From Eledone cirrhosa (Eukaryota), in the NCBI GenBank assembly GCA_964016885.1, contig OZ024740.1:304978001-305042000 (forward strand): 64,000 nt of DNA, in the 5' to 3' direction. Position 1 is the first letter of the stretch; the number at the start of each line of letters is the position of its first letter. A program made the position numbers and the translations under genes. Shown here in pieces: positions 1 to 12,692 of this stretch. The notes under the pieces were generated by a model. It did no database searches. It was not told the DNA's origin and was given only the letters and a program-made list of their open reading frames with translations.

Positions 1-547
1 ATATAGTAATATATCCAATGTGTATTGAACAAGTTTTCCAGCTCTACTGGTTGTCCACCTTTTACTCTCTCTAACTGCTTAAAGTATTGATGCACATGCG
101 TATGAGCTAGGAATAGAGTTCATAGAATGAATAGGATTATATTAAGATTAAATTTTGCTCGCCCTAGTGTAGCTCAAGCAAGGCTGCTGGGATACTGGGG
201 TTACCTTGATCTGCTACCACCAGCATCAAAGATTATGTCATTAAGGAACACTGTAATTGTGCATTATTCATACGAAATGACCAATCCTGAGGGGGGAACA
301 GATGGATTGCTATGAAATAATTATTGTTACTTATACCTCCAGTATATCATGGTGTACTTTGTGTGAAGTGTAGAAGCCACAATCTGCAATAAACTTACAC
401 TTGTGCCACAAATACTGTAGTTGAATATTTAATCAAAATACAATTGTTAAATTCTCAGCACAATTTATTTAGCTAAATCTTGAAAACAATTATTTTACTA
501 GTTTAACTAGACAATATTTCCCACAGTAAAAAATAATAGCAATGACA

Positions 548-925
548 ATGGAAAAATTCTTCGGTCAGTGCACTTTCACGGCAATTCATTAGATAGAAGC
601 AGAGAGTGGACATATTGGAAAAATACTTTCCTAAATTTTTTTGTTGAATTCCCAAACTGAACGGATCAATGAAGACTCACTGTGTTTACTAACTCCAACT
701 CACCTTCAAACTTTTCTCATATTGGAGATTGCATCAACTACAATAACGCATCTTCATTAAACATTTTTTTTTTTTTTTTTGCAGATTCCAATTGTAACCA
801 TGAATCTAATATAACAATTGAATCTAATATAACAATTCTATGCAACCTTGCCAAGCATTGTAATTTTCAGGCTGTAACTACTGATGTACATCAAGAGGAA
901 AGCATAAGAGATTTATTTATTTCCC
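548..925 (+). pseudogene. Decayed Gypsy-type LTR retrotransposon gag fragment
   Basis: Broken frames give REWTYWKNTFLNF, FTNSNSPSNFSHIGDCINYNNA and LAKHCNFQAVTTDVHQEESIRDLFIS, which resemble the N-terminal gag of invertebrate Gypsy elements. No LTRs seen. Confidence 0.5.
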
Positions 926-1087
926 ATAACCCAATAGATTGGGAGTGCGGGAATGTATGTAAGTGAGATGTTGGTGCCTAATCCATCTGAAAAGTCAGTA
1001 GCTCCGTTTGAGGAATGACTCGGTCTGTGACGACTCTTGCTAGCTGGGAAATCTGACATTAAATGATAATGATGAAATATATATATC

Positions 1088-1543
1088 CACACCACCCCCT
1101 TAAATGTGAAGTTATGTTGGTACCACAACATCCAGTCCGAAACAAATGAGGTCGTGTAGGTGTCACGACAAAAAAAACACACAGTCCACGCTGTAATGTG
1201 GCCGTGTAGGTAACACAGTAAAAACTTCCCAGTCCACACTGTAAACGTGGTTGGTGTTGGGAAGGGCACCCAGCCGTAGAAAACCCGCCAGACGTGTAGG
1301 TGTCACGACAAAAAAACACACAGTCCACGCTGTAATGTGGCCGTGTAGGTAACACGGTAAAAACCTCCCAGTCCACACTGTAAATGTGGTTGGTGTTAGG
1401 AAGAGCATCCAGCTGTAGAAAACCCGCCAGACAGTCCTATACAAGCAGGACACCAAATCTTGCCTCAAGTGGGAAAACTCCCGTCCAAACCCATGCAAGC
1501 GTGGAAGATGGACGTTAAACGATGATGATGATGATGATGATGA
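1088..1543 (+). mobile_element. RTE LINE (long-3'UTR family) 3' UTR fragment with a 140-bp internal tandem duplication
   Basis: Matches the reverse complement of 45970-46290 and ends GGACGTTAAAC(GAT)n. The block starting cgtgtaggtgtcacgac occurs at 1153 and 1293. Confidence 0.85.
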
Positions 1544-1715
1544 TTGCTGAACACACAAGCCGAAACTGCTTATCGCCACAATCGGGATTTTACCTATCTC
1601 TATATCCACTCTGCATCCCCCCATACATTGAGTACTCTTATAATTAGTGGTCTCCCCAGTCTCAGCATTGCAGACTGTCCCCCCCCCCACCACCTCTCTC
1701 TCTCAATCTTTAAAC

Positions 1716-1885
1716 AGGCAATCATTTAAATTCATTTTCTAGCAGCTGTTCAGAGGTTTACTGATAATCTTTTCTCCTTCTCAATGCCCTATTTTTGCTG
1801 TAGTTCCAAATAGGGCATTGAGGAGAGAAGACCATTAGTAAGCCTTTGCATTTCTCTGAACAGCTGCCAGTTTCAATGATTGCCT
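1716..1885. repeat. Imperfect fold-back hairpin (~170 bp)
   Basis: Nested complementary blocks aggcaatcatt/aatgattgcct, gcagctgttcagag/ctctgaacagctgc and ctcaatgccctattt/aaatagggcattgag. Confidence 0.8.
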
Positions 1886-2098
1886 ATTACAAATTAAATT
1901 AAGAGTTCTCAAGGACTCTTGTTCATGACTTAAAGGAAATGACTTTGTTATATATAAACTCAGAGGATCATTAAATAATCTTACTGTTGCTCAACTTATT
2001 CTAATGCTGGTGATTTCTAGTATTTTCACGCCTATAGAATGATTTGAAACAACTTGCCACTAAATTTTGTTGCTTTTTGCCTCAATAAAATGTTTAAC

Positions 2099-2440
2099 TG
2101 GACATGCCTACAAAGTCAGAAAACAGCACAGCTCCCATGACTTTCGTAAACATTTTTTCACGCTTAGAGTTGCTGAAGCATGGAACAAACTGCCTGCGTC
2201 AGTTGTTAGCTGCTGAGACACTGCATCCTTTAAAACCCTCATGCTTCCCGAAATTCGCCAAAACTACACCTGATGTTCCCCCCTTCCATACACATGCACA
2301 CATGTGTATATCATGACTCATGCTCTGTTCATTTTCCTGACTTTCGTACATTACCCTATGTACTATACATACACTTTTGATGAGTTGTAGTGCACCTGAG
2401 CAATGTACACAATATTTTCATTATTATCATTATTATCATT
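2099..2440 (+). mobile_element. 3' fragment of the CR1-group LINE at 24820-28228
   Basis: High identity to 27764-28100 (ORF end GHAYKVRKQHSSHDFR...PEIRQNYT*, 3'UTR, (ATT)n tail). Confidence 0.92.
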
Positions 2441-4093
2441 TATCATAGATATATTACTTCCTAATATTGGCGATCTCATCAATTCTGTTTCCTATAATAA
2501 ATTCTACAGTAAACTCTATCCCCAATAACATACTATCAGATTCCACCTGACAAATTACAATAACAGATACATTGTATTTCAAGCTGACAGATGTTTATTA
2601 GAGTTTACAAAGTTGTTCTTAAACTAACACTGTAAGTACCTTTAAGAGCGTCATAGATGTGATATAATTACCAAGAACAACAACATCAAAAAAATTCACA
2701 CCTATTTCAACAGTTTCATTGTCATTGATAAAACTATCGATGAAAATAATGGGAACATGGCTTGAACAAATAACATGTCTTCTCTGCCAAACATCCAAAT
2801 GAATTTGGAAAGATAGAAAACCCTCATTAATGACTGGTTGCCTAGTAATCCGAAATAACCACGAATAATAGCCTTGTTTAGTTACTACTTTAAACGGGTG
2901 TCTTTAATTTATCCCCTACTAATTCCTACTTTTGTATTGCAAACAAACTTCTAGATGCTATTAGTTTGCTTAAAATTTCAGTAATTAATGAGTCACTTTC
3001 TTTTACCTCTCTTAAGTGAAACTACAGGTTGAAACTCATTTCTCTGGAACTACAATTTCAAGTGTCCTTTCACATTATAATAACCTTGCCACTTATGTCA
3101 CCAGAACTTTGCCTAGCCTTGAACAAAATCTCTTCTCAATTAAAAATGGAGGCAGCAGAGATGATAGAAAGGGTTATGAAATAGTAAACTATTTTAATTT
3201 GAGTTTATTTTATATTACACACTGAGTAACAAGCTATCTTATTCATAGTTAGTCATAATGTAAAGGAAAAAAAGAAGAATGGAAAGATTTTTTATTGCTG
3301 CATTGAATTATAACATTTGAGATATTTCTGACAAAGATAACACAACAGCTAATACTGCTCTTACCAATTCCTTCCTGATAACATCTCTTGGAATTTACAG
3401 ACTTACATAAGCTGTAATCAATTGATTATGAAAACTGCCAGATTTAAGAACTTGTTTGATTTTGAAGATATAAAAAGAAAACGTACTTGTAACAAATGGA
3501 TCACATGCTTTGAATTGAACCAATGACTGCACTATCATCTTCATATCAAATTTACCCAGTTCACAACCTTCTGAGCATCTCAATGTCGACCTCAAACACC
3601 CTCTACCATCATATAACTCTAATTGTTACTTGTTTATAGCTATAGATGAATACTCAAGGTTTCCATTAGTCTTTGTGGGCTCAGAAGTAACAGCTCTTAT
3701 TTGTGGTTTTCAAAATATATTCTTTGTGTTTAGTGCTCCAGCTTCAACCCACTCATACTGAGAATTTGAACTTAAGTCTTGTGGTGTTTGTAAATTTTAG
3801 GAGAACAATAATGTTGTTCAAATTAAAACAAACTCCATACCATCCTACTAGAAACTATAAAATAGAATGTCTAAATGAAATTTTATGGGGAAAAAAAAAT
3901 TCCCCCTAGCTCTAGAAAACTGCTAGAAAAGCAATGATGCAATGTTTAATGGAAATCACTACATGCTTTTAGATAACTTCTTTGCATTGTGACTAAATTT
4001 GGTACTTCCTGAAAGATTAGTTAGCTTTCAGCATCCCTCATCAATACAACTATCTTTACCTAAATGGCTCACTGAACTCCAAGAAATTTTGTT

Positions 4094-4417
4094 TACTCTT
4101 GGGTCTCGAATAATTGTCTCCTTTCACACTGCTTATTAAATTTTGGTAATTTATCTCCAGCAAAATTTTATTTTAAGTAGTAGCATTCCTACAATAATTG
4201 ATTTTCTTTAGACATTAAAAGACATTATACATGACCAAAAAACATTACTAGAAATCTCATACAATATAAAATAAATAGGATGGGTTGGGGTCTCAATATG
4301 TAAACTAAATTACTAATTCTGGTTTTTAAAAAAAACAAGGGAGACAACCTAGAAAAATTATCGATTTTCTAACCTCACCACTTACCCCCTTCCCCCGTTA
4401 TTTGGGACCCAAGAATA
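4094..4417. mobile_element. MITE with TA-flanked terminal inverted repeats
   Basis: Ends TA-ctcttgggtctcgaataa and ttatttgggacccaagaa-TA. Related copies at 20543-20937 (inverted) and 33369-33930. Confidence 0.75.
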
Positions 4418-4607
4418 CATCACTTAATTCTAAAAATAAATATGAACTTAAAGTCAATAGTGTGCATCATTGACTGTACTCATTACTAAACTCATGTCAA
4501 ATACACGGATGGTCAAATTGACACTGTTTTAACAAAAGTTATAGACTCTATCTAGATTAAACTCTGATTCCATTAAAGAGTGTTTCATTTGTAACTGCCA
4601 AGTTAAC

Positions 4608-4745
4608 ATGCAAAAGAATCTGGCTGAAACAAACTCTGAGTTTGGTGATGAATGCTTCATCAATGACTGCTGTAAGGACATTCTGAAAATTTCAGCTCAA
4701 CAAGCAGGTGAGCAGGAACAGTTCTCCAGCATCAGTCTAGTTATT
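4608..4745 (+). pseudogene. Possible decayed hAT (Charlie/SPIN-like) transposase fragment
   Basis: EFGDECFINDCCKDIL...EQFSSISL loosely resembles the F.DGEFIKEC...F..ISLS motif. Short and weak. Confidence 0.3.
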
Positions 4746-5240
4746 GTAGAAGAAAAAATGATGGTTCCACCACTTGAATTTCCTTGTCGCTAAACAAAAA
4801 TCTGAAAAAGTACCAGAGAGGCTCAATCCTTAAAATGCCAATGAATGCTATGAAACCATATTTGTTACTTTCTCTCCAGGCACCTTGTGGTATATTTTAA
4901 TTCAAGGTTGGCAACCACCATTTACAATAAAAGTGGACATGTTTAAGAAACTATTTGATTTTTGGCAATTGTCTCTCACCACAACACAAATGGAACTGAA
5001 AGGAAGGATTTGATGATGCTAAGAGCAACAATATTGTTTTTACTGAAGTTAAAGGGAAAAGCGGACGTAAAATGATGATGATGATGATTATCAAGGTTTG
5101 AAAGACACCAATGGATCTGGCTCTAGGAAAACTGTATTGATGATTATCAAGGAGGAAAGGTGATGAAAGGGTTGTTTACATTGATTGGGATAATGTTACC
5201 ATGGGCCAGAGAGGTTGCTCTACTTGAGAATAGAACATAC

Positions 5241-5803
5241 TTGTTGGTTTCTGTAGACTCAAGCAAATCTCTACAACACACCTGATGGTTTGTGTAGACT
5301 CAGACAAATCTATAGAACACACCTGTTGGTTTGTGTAGACTCAGATATATCTCTAGAACACATCTGTTGGTTTGTGTAGACTTATATAAACCTCTAGAAC
5401 ACACTTGATGGTTTGTGTAGACTCAGATAAATCTCTAGAACACACTTGATGGTTTGTGTAGACTCAGACAAATCTATAGAACACACTTGTTGGTTTGTAT
5501 AGACTCAGATATATCTCTAGAACACACCTGTTGGTTTGTGTAGACTCAGACAAATCTATAGAACACACTTGTTGGTTTGTATAGACTCAGATATATCTCT
5601 AGAACACACCTGTTGGTTTGTGTAGACTCAGACAAATCTATAGAACGCACCTGTTGGTGTGTATAGACTCAGCCATATCTCTAGAACACACTTGTTGGTT
5701 TGTGTAGACTCAGACAAATCTATAGAACACACTTGTTGGTTTGTGTAGACTTAGCCAAATCTATAGAACACACTTGTTCATGTGTGTAGACTTAGACAAA
5801 TCT
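5241..5803. repeat. 41-bp minisatellite, ~14 copies
   Basis: Unit ctgttggtttgtgtagactcagacaaatctatagaacacac starts at 5241, 5282, 5323 and so on to 5774. Confidence 0.95.
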
Positions 5804-5852
5804 TTATACAGACAGAAAGACAGAAGTTCTTTAATAACTATGTACTGTTTAA

Positions 5853-6084
5853 CCCTTTCATGACCACATTTCTAATGAAATACAGTCTATTTTAATTAAT
5901 TAATGAAGAATTTTGAGGGATTTACTTAAATTATTTATCATTTCATTACTAAGATGGTAACTTAATGTGAAGTTCTTTCATAAAATTATGTTGGAAGATT
6001 TTAATTTAAATTAAAAACCTTTGAAATGGATGGTTATATTTCATAGAACCAGCACCAATTTTGGCCAGGTTGGTAACAAAAGGG
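5853..6084. mobile_element. piggyBac-like MITE, family 1
   Basis: TTAA|CCCTTT...AAAGGG|TTAA. Homologous copies at 16506-16763, 17078-17290 (inverted, truncated) and 18500-18728. Confidence 0.85.
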
Positions 6085-6336
6085 TTAATGTTACTGAGAA
6101 CAATACTGCCAGGACAAATCATCTCATATTGGAGTTTAATTGGTGTTTAACTCCAGGTTAACTCTAGTGAAAAAAACTTGTGATAAAAGCTCTATACTGT
6201 ATTCAACACCTATATTATCCAATGTGTCCTACTGTTTTTTTTAAAGTGGAATTTAGCTTTTTTTTTTTCTTTTTTTTTTTTTAGCAGGTTGGCTGATCAA
6301 CAAAGGATTTCTGTTTGTCTTGTTATAGTTGTTTAA

Positions 6337-6557
6337 CCCTTTAGCATTTGAACCAGACGTATCCAGCCAGAATTTTCTCACTTCTTTCTGTTCAAGCCGG
6401 TTATAACTGGCCACTCATACCAGTGATAAGGTATTATTCTCAAAATAAATAACATCAAAATCTCATAGATTCGATATTATGTGAGATAATTATGTCAAAT
6501 AAAGCCTTTACCACAAAAATACAATAGTATATATAGAGTAATGTAAATGCTAAAGGG
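6337..6557. mobile_element. piggyBac-like MITE, family 2
   Basis: Perfect 13-bp TIR CCCTTTAGCATTT/AAATGCTAAAGGG, flanked by TTAA and CTAA. Inverted copy at 28668-28888. Confidence 0.85.
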
Positions 6558-6564
6558 CTAAATC

Positions 6565-7060
6565 AGTCCTCACTGAGCAGTCTTGTCATTAAAGGTTTTC
6601 CAGCAATCACTATCTCATTTTTTAAATTTTTATAGCAGTCATTGTGCATCTAAGACTACATTGTCTAATGAGTGCATCATTTAAGATAGTAGGGTATAAT
6701 TTGAGATTTGTCTGCTGTCCTGAGAAGGTTGAATAACCACACAAGGGCTTTCCCATTGATCAGAAAACAAAGTCGCCTACAATCAAGCAGGAATATGATC
6801 TAATACATTCCAGGTCTGAGCACCATGTCTTTTTGTAAATTTATGATTACATTATCCAATGTAACCTTTCCTTCCTTTTATAAGATGGTTAGGTGTGATT
6901 TGAGTTGATTTTGTTGCAAGTTAAATGATCATGTAGAGGCTCTCTCAGGGCTGTTATTATTTGGCATCAAGTCGACTCTCATGAAGCAGTCATGATAAAA
7001 AAGACATTCCAGTTGTGATCATCCCATTTTTCTTTTCAGATACAAAATGCCAAGAATCAT
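6565..7060. repeat. Degenerate ~200-bp dispersed/tandem repeat units, unclassified
   Basis: Recurring motifs gactacattatccaatg, ttaagatggt-gggtgtgatttgag and agcaggttgaatgacca-agaggct. Similar motifs near 6170-6310, 17370-17470 and 17950-18030. Confidence 0.5.
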
Positions 7061-8305
7061 ATTATACATTATAGTGTGGTGGCAGTGAAACAGGTGGAAA
7101 ACAGAAATGATTTGGAGGAATTTTGTTGAGTGTGTCCTATGTTAAATTGGGAGCAAAATAGGCAGCAAATGTGATAGATGGCATACTTACAGAGTCAAAT
7201 TAATTGGGGAGTTGTAGATAGGAGAATTAACCAAATTTAAGAAAGCCCAGCTGTAGTCTGGGATGTAAGCACACTTGCAGACATCAATTTGATTTCTTAA
7301 TTGCAGTGGCGGATACAAAAGCTTCCAAAGTAGTGATGGAAAGTGACCACCTCCAGGTATTGTAATTAGTTTTGTCTGTACACATATAATGCAGCTATGA
7401 ATAAACCACTTAGAATTTTGAATTTGGGGGAGCCTTTGAGCTTTGGTAGTGTGAGAGATGTGAAGGGGCATATCTAAGAGAATGATATTGGTCACCTGCT
7501 TGACTGCATTGTGTGGGTCAAGGGTGAAGCATATTTTCTGCTAGAGCTCTACATAGTTAGCTGATGATATGCCAAGTAACAGTCAAGCAACATGATGGGG
7601 GCATAAATAATGATAGGGAGGTAAAGGTTTAATTTGGAGCAAAGGAAGAGGTTTCAGGAATTGGTCAGAGATACTAGTAGATGAGAACACAAACTGATGT
7701 AGATAGTTCACAATAGCAAACGACCTATGTGCCTATGTGTGAATAGTGCAAGAGCCACAAACAGTTGTATGCATTCAAGTGATGGAAGATAAAATCTTCC
7801 GAGAGCAAGGAGGAGATGAGATAGATGTTCTCAAAGAATGATGGAACAACTGTTGGTTATTGTATGAGACAGAGGATGAAAAGTGATTTGAGATTTCCAG
7901 AACAAGAGGTTGAGAGGTTGCTCTTGCTCTAGTCTAGGTGGGAGAGGTCAATTGTGGGACAACTCAATTTTTTTTTTACACATAACCATGTCTTCTACAA
8001 TATTAGTTCTTCCCTTCCATTTTTAACTACATTGGTTTGATAAAATAGTATTCATTTTAAAATGTTCCTAATTATATTATAGACTTCCAACATTATTTTG
8101 AACATCAGCTTACTAATGAAAATATTAGTTATTTAATTAAATTCTTCAAATTTTTTCAATTTCACAAGAAATGATGTACCCATGTACACATAGGCAGTGT
8201 ATTTCATTAGAAATAATGTAACCATGATATACATAGACAATGTAACCATGATACACATAAGCAATGTAATCATGATACACACAGGCAGAGTATTTAATTA
8301 GAAAT

Positions 8306-8492
8306 AATTGTTTCTACTTTAGGCACAAGGACAGCAATTACCCAGTGCATTACTGGTACTTTATTTTATCGACCCCGTAAGGATGAAAGGCAAAGTCAAC
8401 CTCGGCGGGATTTGAACTCAGATCGTAAAGAGACGTAACTATGCTGGAAAGCATGGCGTCCGACCCTCTACCGATACTGCCAATCCACCGCC
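8306..8492 (-). mobile_element. tRNA-derived SINE (~187 bp), followed by a tandem partial copy at 8502-8623
   Basis: A-box-like TGGCAGTATCGG, B-box GAGTTCAAATCC, central gactttgcctttcatccttacggggtcgataaaataaagtaccag. Flanking direct repeat attagaaat. Confidence 0.9.
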
Positions 8493-9148
8493 ATTAGAAA
8501 TAATTGTTTCTACTTTAGGCACAAGACCAGCAAATACCCAGTGCATTACTGGTACTTTATTTTATCGACCCCGTAAAGATGAAAGGCAAAGTCAACCTCG
8601 GCGGGATTTGAATTCAGATCGTAATGTAACCATGATATACATAGGCAGAGTATTTAATTAGAAATAATATAACCATAATATACATAGGCAGTGTAAATCA
8701 TTAGAAATAATGTAACAAAAGAAAATGATCCAAATATGGACTGCTAATATTAGTTTCATTGTATTGTTTTTTTTGGGGGGGGGGGGGGTAGTGACGATGG
8801 TGATGTAGTGGTGGTGAGGGTAGAGGTGATCGTGGTGGAATTAATCATTAACATCTGCTGTTCTTATTTGTCGCCTTTTTCTTTCCTTTTGGCAATTCAT
8901 ACATGTAACAATTGTGTATAATAAAAAGAAATAAATAAACGACCACAATTAAACTGTCCTCGTAATGGAATTCCCAGGAATTATTACATACGCGTCACAC
9001 ATCCCCTCTTTATTTCTTCGTCTCTTTCTTTTCACTATATCCATCTCTCCTTGACTCCCCACTAAATATTTTCTCTCTATATATATTTTAACTCTTCCTT
9101 CCACTATCACTACTTTCTCATACAGTGATTCTGATACAGAGGATATAA

Positions 9149-9455
9149 TCACATACATATACAGAGATATATACACACGTTTAATTCTCAATAGTACCCA
9201 CACATCCACATTCACACACGCACATATATATATATATATATATATACATACACATATACAGAGATATATACACACGTTTAATTCTCAATAGTACCCACAC
9301 ACCCACATTCACACACGCACATATATATATATATGCACATATATATACATATACATACACACACGCAGAGATATACACACGTTTAATTCTCAGTAGTACC
9401 GATACATGCACATTCAGAGATATACATGCATTTAATTCTCAATAATACCCACACA
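9149..9455. repeat. Degenerate ~90-100-bp tandem repeat containing (TA)n
   Basis: cagagatatatacacacgtttaattctcaatagtaccc recurs 3-4 times. Confidence 0.8.
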
Positions 9456-10611
9456 CGCCCGAACTCAACGATGGAGGCTTTATGTGGTCGCGCAGTTCGC
9501 TAAAAATAACAGACAAATCTCGACTAGGGCTGTGAGGGGGTGATAGTGGGTTCTGAACAACAACAACACTTCTCACACGTTTTCATATTCTCAGTTTTTC
9601 GCCTATTTTTCTGCCGTCTCGTTATTCTCGTCTGTACACATACACACTACAGATATGTCTAGATACACATAAAAATGCATTCAAATAAAAAGCAACATAC
9701 ATCTCCAATAGATACGCACACACATACACATGCATCTACACTAGACACGCACATACTCATGCGCACCTTTGTACGTTCACATACATACACAGATGTCAGC
9801 TGAAGAGCATTTACACTAATTAGCACACACACATCATTACATAGATACATACAGAGAACATTGAGTAACATACGCAGTGTTAGAGTTACGCATGCATACA
9901 TAATAGCTGTCTAATACACGGAGACATAAAAATACACATTATAACAGTTTGGCGCGTTGACGCACATTCACCGAGCTGTTTATATTGATTTCTTAGGCTA
10001 CAGGTTGAGATTTTTTATGGCGGGAAAATAGTTATTACGTTCATAGCTTTTCCTATGACGTTATTGGTGTAAGTGAAATGAAGTGGATCCAAGTGAGAAT
10101 TGAATTCCGATTCGCGGAGAAATTAACACCTCAATGCGTCGCACGTCAGGCATATAATTGCTGAGATGAGCAGATAATAATAAAGATATCTCTCTGCATA
10201 CATACACATAGAAAGTCACATCTCTTGTTTATAATTCATTGCTGTGAATGTAAGGAGCTGACAGCCACCGCTACTTAACACGCTATAGTAGAAGCACATG
10301 CAATACACCAAACTCACAGACTTTAAGAGTTAACGAGGGAGCCTTTACAAGATCGCCCAGCCTAGACAAATTAGTAGCTAAAATGTCCTCTAATCACACT
10401 TAAAAAGAAAATACATTAGGTAACGTGGTCTTTAGAAAAAAAGGGGTAGTCTTTGATAATTGATCTGCTCGATAAGATGTGACATGGGTTTCAGCAATAT
10501 ATTTATGTGCGCATGTACCTACGTACACATATATATGTGTATGTATATATATATATATATATATATATTAATTCAAAATATTAACAAAATAGATATTCTT
10601 GTGATCAATTA

Positions 10612-10678
10612 TATTTTATTATACATATTTCAGAGGTACTGAGTTAAGTTCAACAGTACGTCCTCATCAGATAAAATA
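10612..10678 (-). ncRNA. Type I hammerhead ribozyme
   Basis: tattttat-CTGATGA-ggacgtactg..cagtacctct-GAAA-tatgt-ATA-ataaaata, with an 8-bp stem I. Confidence 0.8.
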
Positions 10679-11060
10679 AAATGATACATGACATACCCTG
10701 ACAAGGTAGATGGTTAAGATTCAATCAAGGTAGTGATTAACTTATGACAAAACTCAATATTTATACCCTAATATTGAGAACATGAGATAACGTAACACAA
10801 ACAATAGAGAGGGTGCGTGTAATATATTTTAAGAAATACATGGCATCAATGTAACAGTTATAAAATTTTTTAATTTTAAAAACTACTAGAGAAAGAGGAG
10901 GGAAAAGAAAGCATAGAGGAAGAAACAGCTGATGTGATAATATATTTAGTATGTGGCTTGAGAAGATACATGACATATCCTGACATAGTAGATGATTAAG
11001 ATTCACTACCATGACTGAATCTTAACCATCTACTATGTCAGGGTATGTCATGCATCATCT

Positions 11061-11127
11061 TATTTTATCTGATGAGGACGTACTGTTGAACTTAACTCAG
11101 TACCTCGGAAATATGTATAATAAAATA
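11061..11127 (+). ncRNA. Type I hammerhead ribozyme (inverted copy of 10612-10678)
   Basis: CTGATGA at 11069-11075, GAAA at 11108-11111, predicted cleavage after ATA at 11119, stem I tattttat/ataaaata. Confidence 0.8.
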
Positions 11128-11187
11128 TACTTGATCACAAGAATATCTATTTTGTTAATATTTTGAATTAATATATGTGTGTGTGTG

Positions 11188-11430
11188 TGTAAAAGGTAAA
11201 CAGAAATAACAACACAATCGGTACAGTATATGGAAGGAATATATTAGGTTAACGCTTGAAATAGTAAGAAGAGGGTCTTAATGTTTCGAACGCTAGTCCT
11301 TCATCAGAAGAAAAAATGAGAAATAAGATAAATTGAAGGAACGAGCAGGGTGGAATTGGAAAAAAATGTTTTTAGATAAAAATAACAGGTCCATTCATGT
11401 TGACATCCCTTAGAAAACTATTGATGATGG
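11188..11430 (-). mobile_element. Hammerhead-bearing pLTR/retrozyme-like element (ribozyme at 11276-11311)
   Basis: Minus strand reads tctt-CTGATGA-aggactagcgttc-GAAA-catt-aaga. Homologous to 12280-12520 (+) and 21672-21880 (-). Confidence 0.75.
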
Positions 11431-11639
11431 CGTTTTGTGTATGATTTATTTTTTTAGAATAGTGGATGATGGAGCGTGTCTACCTGAATTGGGGAAAAAA
11501 CCGTTTTGTAAAAAGAGCTATACTTGTGCGTATGCATGTGTGTGTGTGTTGTTATACGTCCGTACGAAGCGAACAACAAATCTGTGTGTATATGTAAGTA
11601 AAAGAGTGTGTGTGTGTGTGTGTGCGCTTGTAGTATAGG

Positions 11640-12092
11640 TGTTACGGTCCTGTTTTGGTGCACTTTCAAATGACGTTTCAGTCCACCAACTGTGGTACAC
11701 TTTTTTTCACACTCCCAACAAACAGAAATGTCATACAATGCCCAGTTGACAGTGTCTCCGTGTACGTGGCTTCTCTGATGACTTCCAAGGCCCACCCTAC
11801 TTAGACATAACATGTTTTACAGTTTAAATCAACCTGCATTCCAAGATACTCAGACAAACCAAACTCAAGGCCCTTATGAGCACACTGCTTGGGCTTTTCA
11901 TGCTCTACACGGTTTCTTTGAAATTCTCCCGTTCTATCATGCACTGCCTTCCTCCAGGAAAGTCTATCTAGAGTGAGGTTCTCCCAGTCATTCTCGGTAT
12001 GCTTTTAATGCAATCCTTGTACCTCAATTTGGTATGTCGTTTACCTTCGACCAGCTCACCATATAGGAACTGCCTAGGGATGCGATCATCAT
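11640..12092 (-). mobile_element. RTE (BovB-like) LINE 3' fragment with C-terminal C2H2 finger
   Basis: DDRIPRQFLYGELVEGKRHTKLRYKDCIK and CWECEKKCTTVGGLKRHLKVH in broken frames. Confidence 0.75.
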
Positions 12093-12397
12093 CCATTATA
12101 TATATTAGGTGACGTAGTCTGAGAAGAAAGGGATAGTCTTTGATAATTGATCTGCTCGATAAGGAATGAAATGGGTTTCAGCAATATATATATATGCTTG
12201 CCTATGTATGTGTGTAGGCATTTATTTGTATATGTGTGTGTATGTATATATATATATATATGTATATGTTTGTGTACACCAGCATCAACAGTTTTCCAAG
12301 AGATGGCAACATGAATGGACCAGTTATTTTTCTCTAAAAACATTTTTATCCGATTCCGCCCGGCCCGTCCCTTCAATCTTTCTAATTTCTCATTCTT

Positions 12398-12433
12398 TCT
12401 TCTGATGAAAGACTAGCGTCCGAAACGTTAAGA
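12398..12433 (+). ncRNA. Minimal type I hammerhead ribozyme within element 12280-12520
   Basis: tctt-CTGATGA-aagactagcgtcc-GAAA-CGTT-aaga. Palindromic ACGT stem III is typical of dimer-forming hammerheads. Confidence 0.75.
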
Positions 12434-12536
12434 CTCTCTTCCTGCTATTTCAAGCGTTAAACTAATATATTCCTTCCATATACTGTACCAATTGACTTGT
12501 TATTTGTGTTTACCTTTTACATACATGCATATATAC

Positions 12537-12576
<40 letters not shown>

Positions 12577-12692
12577 TAGAAGGGATATTTGATTTGTTGG
12601 AAATTCAGCAAATATAAATGTTTATAACAGATTTCTGGAGTAAATTTTCAATGATATAAAATAAATGGAAACTATATTTATAAAACCATATT

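Larger units (their letters stand above)
10563..11176. mobile_element. Penelope-like pLTR fragment with inverted terminal duplication
   Basis: 10563-10735 is the reverse complement of ~11003-11176. Each arm carries a hammerhead. Flanked by (TA)n and (TG)n. Confidence 0.75.

Noticed and set aside
785-960. Apparent host exon after poly-T-GCAG and before GTATGT/GTAAGT
   Set aside because: The translation resembles decayed Gypsy gag continuing from upstream, and no partner exons were found.
2460-3620. Possible very old LINE remnants, also 7190-7960 and 20940-21200
   Set aside because: Motif similarity is too weak to support a call without a profile search.
5241-5803. CRISPR-like appearance of the 41-, 48- and 60-bp arrays
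   Set aside because: No unique spacers, no cas genes, and a eukaryotic context.
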